From Desulfatiglandales bacterium (GTDB lineage Bacteria; Desulfobacterota; DSM-4660; Desulfatiglandales; HGW-15): a stretch of 64,000 nt of DNA. A model generated the notes under the pieces. It did not search any database. It saw nothing but the letters and a program-made list of their open reading frames with translations, and had not been told where the DNA came from. Positions 40,029 to 51,598 of this stretch are shown here, in pieces. The position numbers and the translations under genes are program-made. Within the stretch, counting starts at the first letter, position 1. Each line of letters starts with the position of its first letter. Where the stretch lies: assembly GCA_963667015.2 (NCBI GenBank), contig CAXXJJ010000004.1, forward strand, positions 1,504,001 through 1,568,000. Reading direction: 5' to 3'.

Positions 40029-41015
40029 TTATTTGAAATAAATCTTATTCTGATTTCTAACTTCATCCATAATGCAGTCATTAACCCCCGGGTAGATGCT
40101 ACCTTCACCGCCGTAGGTCAGACATGGGATAAACATTCCGCCCTCGTGATATTCCTTGCATGCACGGGCTACTTCTGCACGAACGGTCTCTTCGGTCCAG
40201 TCTTCACGGTCGACAATTGAAGCATCAACACCGCCCATTAAGGTCAGCTTGTAATTAGTGTCCTTCTTGATCTGCTGAATATCGTTGGAGGGGAGAATCC
40301 CTTCCCAGATATCAATACCTACATCAACCATATCCTGAGCAATATTCTGACAGAAGCTGTCGGCATGATGCATTGTAATAACGCCGGCTTTTTTCATTGC
40401 ACCGTAAATTTCGGCATATGGCTTCTTTAAGAATTCACGCCATGTATCAGGGCTCATAAACAGGCTGTGTTTTGAACCCCAGTCGTCGTGGAACATTATT
40501 ACATCAGGCTGAAGATTATCGATCAGCAGTCTCACCTGCTGCATCTTGGACTCTTTGACATAGTCGATCAGCTCATGCATTGCTTCCGGTTCTGCAAGAA
40601 AATTCATGAGTGTATCTTCAAAACCCATCAGGAAGTGAAGCTGTTCAAAAATTCCGGTAGGAACCCAGACCATTGCGTATTTGCCTTCAGACTTAATTTT
40701 TTCGGTATCAGCCTTTGCCTGTGTCCAGTCAAAATCCACCTTATCCAGGTCCGGGGCCTTACAGTATTTCTGCCATTCGGTTATATCGGGGCAGACCTTT
40801 GTATCTGCATTAACTATCGGCATAATTCCCGGTTCATTTTCTCCCCAGTAAATAGTTACTCCCCATGGATTAACCACTGTTTTGCCCTTAGCAACAGGAA
40901 ACAGGTGAAAAAAGACAGGGTCCCATACCTGGGGAAAGGGTTCCCACTCGTTTACAAACGCATCCGGTTTCCCGTTTTTCATTGTTTCAATAACATTTTC
41001 TTTTAAAGATAACAC
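40029..41015 (-). CDS. Uroporphyrinogen decarboxylase / MtaA-CmuA methyltransferase family protein
   Basis: GIFEQLHFLMGFE, HDDWGS, MSPDTWREF, HHADS, LMGGVD. Confidence 0.88.
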   Translation of the reverse strand: MLSLKENVIETMKNGKPDAFVNEWEPFPQVWDPVFFHLFPVAKGKTVVNPWGVTIYWGENEPGIMPIVNADTKVCPDITEWQKYCKAPDLDKVDFDWTQAKADTEKIKSEGKYAMVWVPTGIFEQLHFLMGFEDTLMNFLAEPEAMHELIDYVKESKMQQVRLLIDNLQPDVIMFHDDWGSKHSLFMSPDTWREFLKKPYAEIYGAMKKAGVITMHHADSFCQNIAQDMVDVGIDIWEGILPSNDIQQIKKDTNYKLTLMGGVDASIVDREDWTEETVRAEVARACKEYHEGGMFIPCLTYGGEGSIYPGVNDCIMDEVRNQNKIYFK

Positions 41016-41306
41016 GAAAGTTCCTCCTTAATATGATAATAAAATTTATTTTTTCCTTTTGAATTATATCAAAACAGATAAAGGATTAAGTTATAACATT
41101 AATGCCTTTAAAAATTAAGTATTTTCTATAGACCCTTTTTCTTGACTCACAAGCCTGATCCACATATTCTTTTTCATCGGGGAAAGTGAGTTTCTGTTCA
41201 CCGGAAAACTACTTATGTTAACTGTCAGCAACGGTCTTTCTTGCAGGCACGGCATAAATCTAACGGACTGATTTTGCGGCTCCATACAGCTCTACGAGGA
41301 AAACTT

Positions 41307-42299
41307 ATGAACATGATGACTGAGCAGGAACGTTTTTTAGGTACATTACTTGGTAAAGAAACAGATCGTTTTCCATTCTTCGATCTTGAACCTGATGAAG
41401 AAACACTTAAGCAATGGATCCGGGAAGGACTTACCTCAGGAGTATCATTTCCGGAGTTTTTCAATCTGGAGCCACACTACTCAGCTGGGCTTATGCTGCG
41501 CAGTGCCCCGTTCTACAGGATGGCCCCTGATCTACTGCAGGATCCGGCTGCATTTGACCGTCACTATAATCCTGATGACCCTGCCCGGTATGAAAAGGAT
41601 TTTGTTAAACGCGCTGCCCAGCTTAGAAAAGAAGGCCGTGTCCTTTACGTGGATGCCTCCGGAGGAGGTCTCTTACAGATGCTTGGAGTGGGAGACTGGC
41701 AGTCCCTGATGGCAGCCTGCGATGCCCTGATCAACGAACCAAAACAGGTCGAAAGACTTTTAAACCGCACGACCGATTTCTATTGTACCTGTCTCGAACG
41801 CGTACTCTCCCGTGTCAGTGTTGATTATGCCTCATTTTATGAACCCATAGCCACTAATACTGGTCCGGTTATATCCCCTGAAATGTTCAAACGCTATGCA
41901 ATCCCCGGATATAGAAAAGTAATATCCGTATTGGATAAATACAATGTCCCGCTGCGGATTTTCTGTGCCACCGGAGGGGACCTGACTTCTATTCTCAGCC
42001 TGATGGTGGATGCCGGCATAAATGTCCTGTGGCTCAGTAACATCGCTGTTTCCAGCATGGAATATATGGAACTTCGCCGTCATTTCGGTAATCATATATC
42101 ACTTATTGGCGGAATCGATTCAGGGGCACTGAAGAATGAGGAAAGGAGCCTTAGAAAAAAAATAGAAAATACTGTTTTACCCCTTCTTGAAAAGGAGCGT
42201 TACCTTCCCTGCCTGGATGACAGACCAAGAACGGCCGTCTCTTTTGCGCAATACAAATCATACCGAGATATTCTCGCAGATCTAGCCTCGCGGTATTAA
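41307..42299 (+). CDS. Uroporphyrinogen decarboxylase family protein
   Basis: PVISPEMFKRYAIPGY, LRRHFG...LIGGID, YLPCLDD. Confidence 0.82.
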   Translation: MNMMTEQERFLGTLLGKETDRFPFFDLEPDEETLKQWIREGLTSGVSFPEFFNLEPHYSAGLMLRSAPFYRMAPDLLQDPAAFDRHYNPDDPARYEKDFVKRAAQLRKEGRVLYVDASGGGLLQMLGVGDWQSLMAACDALINEPKQVERLLNRTTDFYCTCLERVLSRVSVDYASFYEPIATNTGPVISPEMFKRYAIPGYRKVISVLDKYNVPLRIFCATGGDLTSILSLMVDAGINVLWLSNIAVSSMEYMELRRHFGNHISLIGGIDSGALKNEERSLRKKIENTVLPLLEKERYLPCLDDRPRTAVSFAQYKSYRDILADLASRY

Positions 42300-42738
42300 G
42301 AGATAACAGGTTAATCTGTATACTTTTAAGTAAGAATAACGTACATTATTACATACAGTTTATCTATAACCTGTTGAATATCAGAAAATTCTCTTTTTCA
42401 TTTTTCCGGTCGTTCTGGCAGAAAAAGATAAAAAAGAATTATGTCGAAAACCTCTACGGGCAAGGTTATTAGCCTTACGTCAGGTAATATAGTGAACCGG
42501 GCTCTACTATATTTTAATAATACTGATAGAATAAAATATTCAAAGACTACTACTTACAGGTACTATTTTTGCATTTTGCAATAATAAGCAAGAATCAAGA
42601 TTCAAATCCGGCATTAAGTATTAAATAATAAATCCTGACAATAGGCGGCAAGTGAATGAACTAAAAGTAAATCTGTTTAATCACCGCAAGCGACAAGACA
42701 TTAGGCCTGCGCTTCGCAATAAAATTGGAGAATATAAA

Positions 42739-43690
42739 ATGAAATCAGCAACATTGCGAACTTTACTGTTTATACTGCTAACAATGAGCCTTTGTATAAC
42801 TATATCCTGTAACTCAGAAGAGGCCGGAGATCTGACCGATGATTCGGGCACCTCCGATTCTTCCGGAACAGGAGGGGACAATAATGGCGATGATACTGAC
42901 TCAGATCCACTTGGTACCGGGGCCATCATCATTGATCATACCAGTACTGACCTGTCATTTGTCCCGCTGGATTGGATAGAAGAAGCAAAAGACATTCTTC
43001 ACATTGCCTATGGGCACACATCTCATGGCAGTCAGATCACTACCGGCATGACAGGGCTCGTGAGTTTTGCAAATGCCCCCAATGGCGGCTCAACATACGA
43101 ATGGAATAATGGAGGCACAAACGGCGCCCTGGATCTGCGGGACAGTCCGTTCTCAGGTGCAAGCGATCTGGGGAATCCTGATCGCACAGCATGGGCTGAC
43201 GCCACACGTGACTACCTGGATTCCCATTCGGACATAAACGTAATAATCTGGTCATGGTGCGGACAGGCCGACGGAACCGAAGAAGATATTGATCTGTATC
43301 ATGGATTTTATGAATGACCTTGAGACTGATTATCCTGATGTAATGTTTGTCTATATGACCGGTCATACCAATGGAACAGGGCTGGATGGAAACCTTCATC
43401 AGCGCAACCAGCAGATAAGAGATTATTGCGAAGCAAATGGCAAAATCCTGTATGATTTTGAAGATATTGAAAGCTACGATCCTGATGGTGAATACTATGG
43501 TGACCTCTATGTAACGGACAGTTGTGATTACAATGATGGCAACTGGGCCACTGAATGGCAGGATTCACATACCGAAGGGGTTGACTGGTATAATTGCTCC
43601 TCTGCCCACAGCCAGCCACTGAATGCGAACCAGAAGGCCTATGCAGCCTGGTGGCTCTGGGCAAGGCTGGCCGGATGGGACGGCAATTAG
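42739..43690 (+). pseudogene. Lipoprotein split by a +1 frameshift near 43301
   Basis: ISC lipobox, IAYGHTSHGSQI, WSWCGQ; removing one A in TATC-A-TGGAT gives DLYLDFMNDLE and joins ORF 43289..43690. Confidence 0.75.
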
Positions 43691-43694
43691 ACAA

Positions 43695-44441
43695 ATGAAT
43701 AATAAGAACAAAGAATCAGCCAGTTCGGGGCACTGTTGTTTCTGCGGGAAAACCCATTACCTGGAACAAGGTAGGGCCAGAGAGCATTGTCTTGAACTGA
43801 TGAAAACCCTGGAGGATTCCAGGCGCATTGATTTGCATGTTCCGGCACATGAGGCAAATCCACGTTTATCGCTGGATTATATCAAGGGGGAAGCCAGGGG
43901 GCAGATGTTCGGTGTACTGGAGTGCCTCGGCCATGATGGAAAGACTGTAATCTTAAAGGCCTTTTCCGGACAATATAATGGTATCTGGGATGTTGAAGGA
44001 TGGGCGCCTCCACTTCTTGATGTAGTCAAATTTAATTCACTGGTCAATAATACAGACAAACAGATCAAGGATCTGGGAAAAAGGATCGACGGACTTCATG
44101 AAGGTCTTGAAAGAAAAGAGCTGATTCAGGAACGAAAAAAGTTGTCACAATCCCTGATGAAAGAAATACATGCACTATATCGAGTCCGCAACTTCCGGTC
44201 AGAGGTGAGATCACTTTTTGATTTTTTTGAAAACGGTATTCCCACCGGTACCGGAGACTGCTGCGCGCCCAAACTATTGAACGCTGCGGCAAAGCAGAAT
44301 CTTGTGCCTAAAAGCCTTGCGGAGATTTACTGGGGCAGAACAAACCGCTCGGGGACACGTCAACAGGGGTATTTTTATGCTCCCTGCGAAGAAAAGTGTC
44401 AGCCCCTCCTGGATTTTATACTGTGCGGAATCGGACGATAG
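43695..44441 (+). CDS. Protein resembling the N-terminal extension of long RluA-family pseudouridine synthases
   Basis: GQMFGVL, LKAFSGQ, PTGTGDCCAPKLL, FYAPCEEKCQPLLDFIL. Confidence 0.8.
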   Translation: MNNKNKESASSGHCCFCGKTHYLEQGRAREHCLELMKTLEDSRRIDLHVPAHEANPRLSLDYIKGEARGQMFGVLECLGHDGKTVILKAFSGQYNGIWDVEGWAPPLLDVVKFNSLVNNTDKQIKDLGKRIDGLHEGLERKELIQERKKLSQSLMKEIHALYRVRNFRSEVRSLFDFFENGIPTGTGDCCAPKLLNAAAKQNLVPKSLAEIYWGRTNRSGTRQQGYFYAPCEEKCQPLLDFILCGIGR

Positions 44442-44442
44442 G

Positions 44443-45078
44443 ATGTTTGAAATAGAAATCATCTACAAGGATTCTTCTATCGTTGTTGTGAATAAACCGG
44501 GTGGGCTTTTATCGGTACCAGGACGGGGACCCGACAAACAGGACTGCCTCGTGAGCCGTATCAGAGATCAATATCCGGGATGTATGGCCCAGCCCTCTGT
44601 TCACCGCCTGGACATGGATACATCCGGGCTGATGATTCTGGCTTTAACAGCAGACGCACATAAAAACCTGTCAATCCAATTTCAGAATAGATCTGTAAAA
44701 AAACAGTATTTTGCCATACTGGAAGGTGTTGTTGGAGAAGAACATGGAGAAATCAACCTTCCCTTTCGTCTGGATGTAGATAACAGGCCCTACCAGATTT
44801 ATGACCCGGTTCAAGGTAAAATGGGAACAACCTTCTGGGAAAAAATAGACATCGAAAATAATCAGACAAGAATTCTCTTTACCCCCATAACCGGGAGAAC
44901 ACATCAGTTGAGGCTCCATGCATCCCACCCCATGGGACTGGGCTGCCCGATAGTGGGTGACAGGCTTTATGGCAATGGAAAGCCTGGTGATCCCCTGCTC
45001 CTGCACGCCTCTTACCTGAGCTTTCAGCATCCTGATAATGGTAAAATATTATATTTCGAAAGCCCCTCAAGGTTTTGA
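44443..45078 (+). CDS. rluA: RluA family RNA pseudouridine synthase
   Basis: VVNKPGGLLSVPG, VHRLDMDTSG, TGRTHQLRLH, PIVGDRLYG. Confidence 0.92.
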   Translation: MFEIEIIYKDSSIVVVNKPGGLLSVPGRGPDKQDCLVSRIRDQYPGCMAQPSVHRLDMDTSGLMILALTADAHKNLSIQFQNRSVKKQYFAILEGVVGEEHGEINLPFRLDVDNRPYQIYDPVQGKMGTTFWEKIDIENNQTRILFTPITGRTHQLRLHASHPMGLGCPIVGDRLYGNGKPGDPLLLHASYLSFQHPDNGKILYFESPSRF

Positions 45079-45200
45079 ATCAGTTGCTATTAATAAGCAG
45101 TAATTGTTCACATTTTCAGGACCATTCTTCCTCATATAATCGGGTGCAGCATTCGTAAACCCTGTCTTCAGCCTTAACCTTCTGTCAGCTTCCAATAAGG

Positions 45201-46313
45201 TTATTCCAAATTACTCAAAAAATCCTCACCAAAAAACATTTCCAGAGATATGGTTATACCTGGTGAAGGATGGTAGTCGTCCTCTTCTGCAAATGACACC
45301 TGAGGAGATATTTCAAAAAAAAGCCATTTTCGCCAGAAACCCTGGCGATAGCGAACTCCGGCTATCACTTCTGTCAGTCTGTTGTTGGGATATGTATCAA
45401 ATACCTCTTTAACACGATAATTAAGCACTTTATTACCACTAAGGGTATGATACAGATTAATATCTACCCAGTAATCATAACCCGGTTCACTCTCCTGCCA
45501 TCTGCCGGTTAAATTTATGCGGTAGAAGAGATATTCAGAAAAAAAAGTTTCAAAAAAAACAGAACTTCTGTTTTCCCAGCCATTGTCTGTAAAATATGAA
45601 AAATCCTCAATAAATCTAAAATCCCACGAATCCCATTTTTTAGAATAACTGTATCTGGGCCCGGCAAATACAGCCGGGGTCAGCTTACGAAACTTGAGGC
45701 CGGCTCTCAGGCTTAAATTCATCCTCTCTGCCGACATTAGAAAATAACGCATTGATAAGTAAAATTTTTTTGACTTGTTGTCTTCTTCATCACTGGGCTC
45801 AAAGTAATCGTGACCGTTGTCATCTTCTTCAAGAATACTTGATGCAAAAAGATGAAGCCTGTTTTCGAGGTTAGGAAGAACAAGATGCAGGCTCGCCTTG
45901 ACTTTAAAATCAATCTTTTTGTCCATTTCTTTAAGACCTGATAATTTCAATCTCAGGTTGCTGTTATCCTCTTCTATCTCGGCCCGCTCTTCCCTGAAAA
46001 AAGAATCGATCCAGTCCGCACTTGCACTGAGTGAGTTGGACAGGGCGGCATGGATGGTATCTGTCTTTTTCGGACTGCCATCATAAGCATCTCCTGTTTC
46101 ATCAATACTATCACCGTATATATCTACATTAAGAGTTGTATCCTTGGATTTTTTTTCTTCGATGGGAGAATCAGATGCTTCTGCAGGATTTGAAAAAGAT
46201 AGCAGGAGGTATAAGGATAAAAATGGTATCAAAAAATATAAAAAAAATCTGATAAACCCGGCACTATTATCAGATCCCATGTATTTTCCCTCTGAAATAA
46301 TATCTTTATTCAT
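45201..46313 (-). CDS. Putative outer-membrane beta-barrel protein
   Basis: Signal peptide, WIDSFF, LVLPNLENRLHL, RYRQGFWRKWLFFEISP. Confidence 0.75.
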   Translation of the reverse strand: MNKDIISEGKYMGSDNSAGFIRFFLYFLIPFLSLYLLLSFSNPAEASDSPIEEKKSKDTTLNVDIYGDSIDETGDAYDGSPKKTDTIHAALSNSLSASADWIDSFFREERAEIEEDNSNLRLKLSGLKEMDKKIDFKVKASLHLVLPNLENRLHLFASSILEEDDNGHDYFEPSDEEDNKSKKFYLSMRYFLMSAERMNLSLRAGLKFRKLTPAVFAGPRYSYSKKWDSWDFRFIEDFSYFTDNGWENRSSVFFETFFSEYLFYRINLTGRWQESEPGYDYWVDINLYHTLSGNKVLNYRVKEVFDTYPNNRLTEVIAGVRYRQGFWRKWLFFEISPQVSFAEEDDYHPSPGITISLEMFFGEDFLSNLE

Positions 46314-46367
46314 TCAGGAAATATATGTGCTTGCGGGCACTCTGTCAAATTCATTAATGTAATAAAT

Positions 46368-46937
46368 ATGATAACCTTCACTCTTTACATATATTTTATA
46401 AAGTCATTATTTATCTGTATCCTTCATTATATGATTGGAGAAGGATCTCTTGATCTTTTAATCAGTATTATTATTTCAATACTGGTCGTAAGGGTACAGG
46501 GAGATTCGGCACTGGGAATATTCTCTTATTTTCTTTCCTTTTATCTGTTTGCAGGGTTTATCTCTGAATTTGGAATTACAAAATATCTTGAGCGCGAAAT
46601 AGGCTTTGAAAACAATATTGGCATCAGGAATAAAAAATACAGGCAGTCATATGACGCCGTGATCCTGTTCAGCATTTTTTGCTCGGCATTAATAATTATT
46701 ACCTCTTTCTACAGCGCATCCCTTACAGTGCTGAATGAAAACTTCACTGCATACATAATTATAGCCTTTACCATACCACTGCAGAATATTAACAGGCTGA
46801 GAATCGCCGAGGCAATCCAGGGTAAAAAGATTATACTCCTTCCGGTATCAGAGGGAGGAATGAATTTAAAGACAACAAACATAAATGATCTTATTCAAAC
46901 CATGGGAGTTAAGAGTTTAGCAAACAGTAATAAGTGA
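46368..46937 (+). pseudogene. Probable truncated polysaccharide flippase (Wzx-like) fragment
   Basis: RVQGDSALGIFSY...ISEFGITKYLEREI resembles a flippase N-terminus, but only about 4 TMs before an unrelated tail. Confidence 0.5.
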
Positions 46938-47137
46938 CGCATTATATCATGGCAGGGGCAATCCTATGATGTTTTTCAGCTCAATTGGCTTAGAGGCCAG
47001 ATTGACAATTATGGATGTCCCTGCCTGACACAAATGCGTCAAGCTAAAAGAAGCAAACCGCGCATGGTGATCTGTTGAGCGCGGTTTGAGAACCTCTGAC
47101 GAAATTAATTATTATTTTTTTGGGAATAAATATCTGG

Positions 47138-47785
47138 TTATATGGATGTTGACTCTTTTGATTCGGGTCCGTTTTTGTAGAAGTTCTGATATGCTAAAAC
47201 CTTCTTGACATACCGACGGGTTTCCTTGAATGGAGGTATCCCCTTATACTTATGAACATTCCTGGCGCCTGCGTTATAGGCAGCCAGTGCCAGCTTTTCG
47301 TCACCATTAAAACGGGTTAAAAGGGACTTATAATACCTGACACCTGCATGAATGTTTTCATTGGGATCAAAAATATCTTTTACACCAAGGGCTTTTGCTG
47401 TTCGGGGCATAAGCTGCATCAGGCCGCCAGCACCATTTCTTGAAACCGACCTCCGGTTGTACCCGGATTCAGCCATGATAATCGCCTTTACCATGGTCAA
47501 ATCAACATCGTGAAGATTGGCAGCTTCAAGTATAATAGGATTGTACAGAGGCTCAGCTTTTTTAATCTGGTGGGTGAAGATATCCTTTTTTTCTTCTTCA
47601 AGTACAACCGGTTCAGGTTTATTCTGTAATATTACAGGTACCTCAACCGGTTTGGGGTCTTCATGTAAAAATGGGACATGGAAAATATTAAGCTGGACCA
47701 TAAACATGAACTGTAGCATGAATAACAGCAACATGCATAACATCTGATAAACAGTAAAAGTTTTTCTTGTATATATATCTATCAT
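47138..47785 (-). CDS. Lytic transglycosylase (SLT domain)
   Basis: IMAESGYN, AGGLMQLMP, LAAYNAG, ETRRYV. Confidence 0.92.
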   Translation of the reverse strand: MIDIYTRKTFTVYQMLCMLLLFMLQFMFMVQLNIFHVPFLHEDPKPVEVPVILQNKPEPVVLEEEKKDIFTHQIKKAEPLYNPIILEAANLHDVDLTMVKAIIMAESGYNRRSVSRNGAGGLMQLMPRTAKALGVKDIFDPNENIHAGVRYYKSLLTRFNGDEKLALAAYNAGARNVHKYKGIPPFKETRRYVKKVLAYQNFYKNGPESKESTSI

Positions 47786-47834
47786 TATTATAGCTCTCTT
47801 ATCTTTATAAAGTATGAATTTTGACTGATATACA

Positions 47835-47850
47835 GGCAATGTCTATGCCA
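47835..47850 (-). promoter_or_regulatory. Sigma54 promoter
   Basis: TGGCATAGACATTGCC: GG-N10-GC upstream of the SLT gene. Confidence 0.65.
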
Positions 47851-48007
47851 AAAGAGTCATGCAGACAGACAGGATAATAAGATATGATATCAATAAGATA
47901 GATTTAACAGATATAAAGCGGTAAAAAAGTGTGAAAAATTTTACCAAATATTTATGTAAAAAAGTGCCAATTACTGGTAAATAACGTAATAATTATAATA
48001 AAAAATA

Positions 48008-48049
48008 AAGAGGCAGGCCTTCACCTTTTAGCATTGAAGATCTGCCTCT
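48008..48049 (-). terminator. Probable terminator
   Basis: AGAGGCAG..CTTCA...TGAAG..CTGCCTCT then TTTATTTTTT on the minus strand. Confidence 0.55.
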
Positions 48050-48075
48050 AATAATTAACCTTTAATCAAACCTGA

Positions 48076-48951
48076 TTACTCGTTTTTAAGTACAGTGGTA
48101 CCCTCTCCCCATTTATTAATTGTAAGAAACTTACCGTCCCGTGATAGGTATGGGGCGCCAAACAATGTAGCTGGCAGGCTTTCCTCTTTCCAGGTCTTCC
48201 CTCCATCAGCGGTTTTTAAGGCAATCATGCTTGTTTTTCCTGAAAGCCCCATGACAACCACTCCGTTGTCCGCATCGGTGAAACGTATTGCGGTCTGCGG
48301 AATCTCGTTGACAAAGCCTCCGCTGACAAAACCCATAATAGAGGGGGTCTCAAGTCCCAGAGATTTGGATGACCAGGTTTTGCCACCATCACCGGTAATA
48401 TAAAGGACACCTTTATCATCCACCAGATAACCGTCTACAGGTGTTCGGAGGGAGATTGCAGCTACACGGCTTACACCGTCGGGCAAAGTCAGGCCTGCCC
48501 AGGTTGCACCGCCATCTGTAGTCTTCTCAAATTTATTCCCAAAGCCAAACCATCCTGTCTTCGCGTCAATAAAAGAAACCAGACAACCGAATCCGCCGGC
48601 TTTATCTGCTACAGCACTCCAGGTTTCACCACCATCAGTACTTACACTGAGGTTTTTCATACCGCACTGCCAGATCGTTTTGACATCCACGATGTCAAAG
48701 TTGTAAAGTCAGCCGCCGCTGCTTTCGGCCTGTATCCATGACTTACCGCCATCCATGGTAAAGCGTGCCTTGCCCACATCACCGGCCCCTCCGTTTAGGC
48801 CAAATTTTTCGTTATCAAATGCGGCGATTCTCAATTTTTCCGCAAACAATTTTTGAGGGACCACTACCTTCCACTGTGCCTGGGCGGACACTCCTGCAAA
48901 CAGAGTCAATATCAATATGCCTAAAAATAAGATAAACTTTTGATGTTTCAT
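48076..48951 (-). CDS. Secreted BNR/Asp-box (YCF48-like) beta-propeller selenoprotein, U81
   Basis: ORFs 48709..48951 and 48076..48690 in frame across TGA 48711-48709; five T/SxDGGxT/SW Asp-boxes; perfect hairpin UUUGACAUC-GUG-GAUGUCAAA 9 nt after the UGA. Confidence 0.85.
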
Positions 48952-49217
48952 CTCTTTTTTTCCTCCTTAAAAAGTATGTCTGATTAATTGGATTGGTTTT
49001 ACCTATCTGATATAACTGAGACTATGGATTTTCCTATTATATGTCAACAGATAATTGCACTAATGTATCAAGCCGAAGCAAGAAGCTAATTTGGCTTTTC
49101 ATGATACGAAACCAAAGCAAAACCAGTTGGTGTAGATAATTTTAAAGAGGTCTTATGATCAGTGGTATCTTTTCCTGGCGGAAAGAGTGACTCTTTTTTT
49201 AAAAAAAATATCTTATT

Positions 49218-50486
49218 CTAGCGCTCTACAATATCGCTTTTTATACCATTAAGTTTTAGGGCATTCTTCAGTTCTTCTGCCCTGCCCTCCTGAGAAAATG
49301 CACCGGTATAAAGCCGATATATATTACGTGTTCCACTTATGATATAGGGGCTGTACCCAAGTTCTTCCAGGTGTTTTTTCTGTCTGTCTGCATCTTCCTT
49401 TAACTTATAGATACCAATCAGGTTTGTATATTTAGTGAGTCTGGACTCTGCGTCTTTTAGCTTTTCGGTTTTTATAAATGCATCAGCCTCTTCTCTTGTC
49501 TGAAAGTAACCGGTAAAAAGCCTGAACCAGGTTCCCTTTTCTCCAAGGTCCAATTTTATCCAATAGGCTGTTATTCCCATTTTTATAAAATCTGCTGCTG
49601 CCGTTTTTACTTTATCAATAGAGCCATAGGATCCCAGATAGATGGAATATGGAAATGATTTAATTTCTTCTTTAATAACTTTATGGGATTCGTCCTCGAC
49701 TTTTACTGATACATCAATGTCGGTTTCCACTTGAGCTCTCTTTTCTTCTTCAAAAGCAACCTTATTCTGAATATCTGGCTTTTCAAGCTCCAGCTTTTTA
49801 ATTTCTGTTTTTGGGGATGAGACCTTTTTTTCCCTGGAGACGATAACCTTCTTTTTATTAGTATGTTCTATCGAGACAGGTTTTGAGATTAAAGTTGATG
49901 ATTGTTTAATATTAAAAAATTCCATCATTTCATCCGGGATCAGTATTTTACCTATAAACATAGACAACAGCACCAACAGGAGAATCAATAATGTAAATAA
50001 TAAGGGATATAAACCCTATTTTGCTTTATCCAGTATATTATTTTTTTTATATTTCTGATTAGCCTTTTTAAAAACATTCTGAACAGGCGGTTTACTGGAA
50101 TCTTCAGATGGCATCTCTTTCATATCTGGAGGATAAGCATCTTTAACAACTGGCTTACTTCTTTCTGTCTTTGCTGGCGAAGTTATTTTTTTAATCAATG
50201 TTTTATTGGGAGTGCGCTTTAATTGAGCACTCTTAACCGTGGGCCTGTTCGGCGAGGGTTTCTCCGTTTTATAGGTAACTTTATTTACAGTTTCCTTTTT
50301 ATCTAGGGGTTTCCGGGTTGAAGGTTTAGGTTGGACTTTTTTAACTGGAGGACCATCCGAAGCAATATCTTTCTTAACGGCATCCGTATCTGCAACAGGC
50401 TTTTTCGGTGTAAAGAGATCATCAAATTGATCTTCAATACTTTCAGCAACAGACTTTTCTTTTAAATCTATTTCTTTATCACCCAT
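49218..50486 (-). pseudogene. SPOR-domain cell-envelope protein with in-frame TAG at 50018-50016 (nonsense or recoded)
   Basis: ORFs 50016..50486 and 49218..49988 in frame; TM helix right after TAG; two SPOR repeats (YSIYLGSY...WFRLFTGYF; YRLYTGAF). Confidence 0.75.
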
Positions 50487-50720
50487 TTAAAATTAACCCT
50501 TAAAAAAGGCAGACAATAATACTCAGAATGTCAGCGGAGCAGACCTTTCTATCATCCTTATATTATTGCCATGACTTTTTTTTTATCTTATATCAGGTTC
50601 AACCTGATCTGCGGCAATTTAAGTGTCTTGCTATTCATAGAACTGTATAAATTATCTTAAAAGGTATATCGGCTACAATTTATAAAAAGGATAATTTAAT
50701 TTTTTAAAAACAGTTTATTT

Positions 50721-51209
50721 TTTATTTCTTGACTTTAAATTTTGTAACAAATATTTAATTAAAATTGTCATAGTATATCCAATTTTCAATAATTAAAGCC
50801 CAACAAAAACATTGGTATTTACAGTTTAAAAATTAATTTTCATTACAGATGATTTTGCCATTAAATTACATGACAGTATTTCATTTGCTGTAAATAAATC
50901 ACCGGGTCGACATTGATTTTTTTCTGTGTGAATACGCTGCACATCAACTTCTCATGTGATAAGCTAAATATCTTTCGCTGCGGATCTTTTTTCCCTGCTC
51001 CTGTTACGGTTAGAGACATCTAAATATTTTTAAACTCCATCAGTATGTTATTTTTTACCGCCAGTACCTTTTGGTAAATTTTTATCGACCCATCATTTTA
51101 GCATCAAGATAAAGATTTTATTAAGTCATAAGAGCGGAGCGTCATCTATCTTCTTAAGGGAAGTCAGGTGAATCAGTTTTCTAACTTATTTAAAAGGGGG
51201 CTTATTAAA
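50721..51209 (+). promoter_or_regulatory. Promoter + ~480-nt leader, homologous to 54988-55474
   Basis: TTTATTTCTTGACTTTAA, TTGACT-N17-TATTTA, CCGGGTC and GCTCCTGTTA blocks at matching offsets. Confidence 0.6.
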
Positions 51210-51598
51210 ATGTTTAAACGGATTCCTCTATTTACACGTGTATTAAAACTCATATTAATTATTGGAGTATTACTTATATGCGGGACTGCAATTGGGCAGG
51301 AAAATGAACAAACCAAAAGAAGTAAACAAAACCAGGATGAATTCATGCTCGAGGAAATAACCGTAACAGCGCAATTTCAGGAAACGAATCTTCAGGAAAC
51401 ACCGCTGGCGATCACAGCAATTACAGGTGAGAAGCTCGAGTTGCAGAATATACAGAGTGTCCAGGATCTGGGACTGGTTGTTCCTAATGCAAATATTCGT
51501 CAACAGGGTAATGCCATGGGACCAAACGCCCAAATCGGCCTGCGCGGTGTAGGGCAGTTCGATTTTATACCTGCCTTTGAACCGGGGGTCGGAGTATA

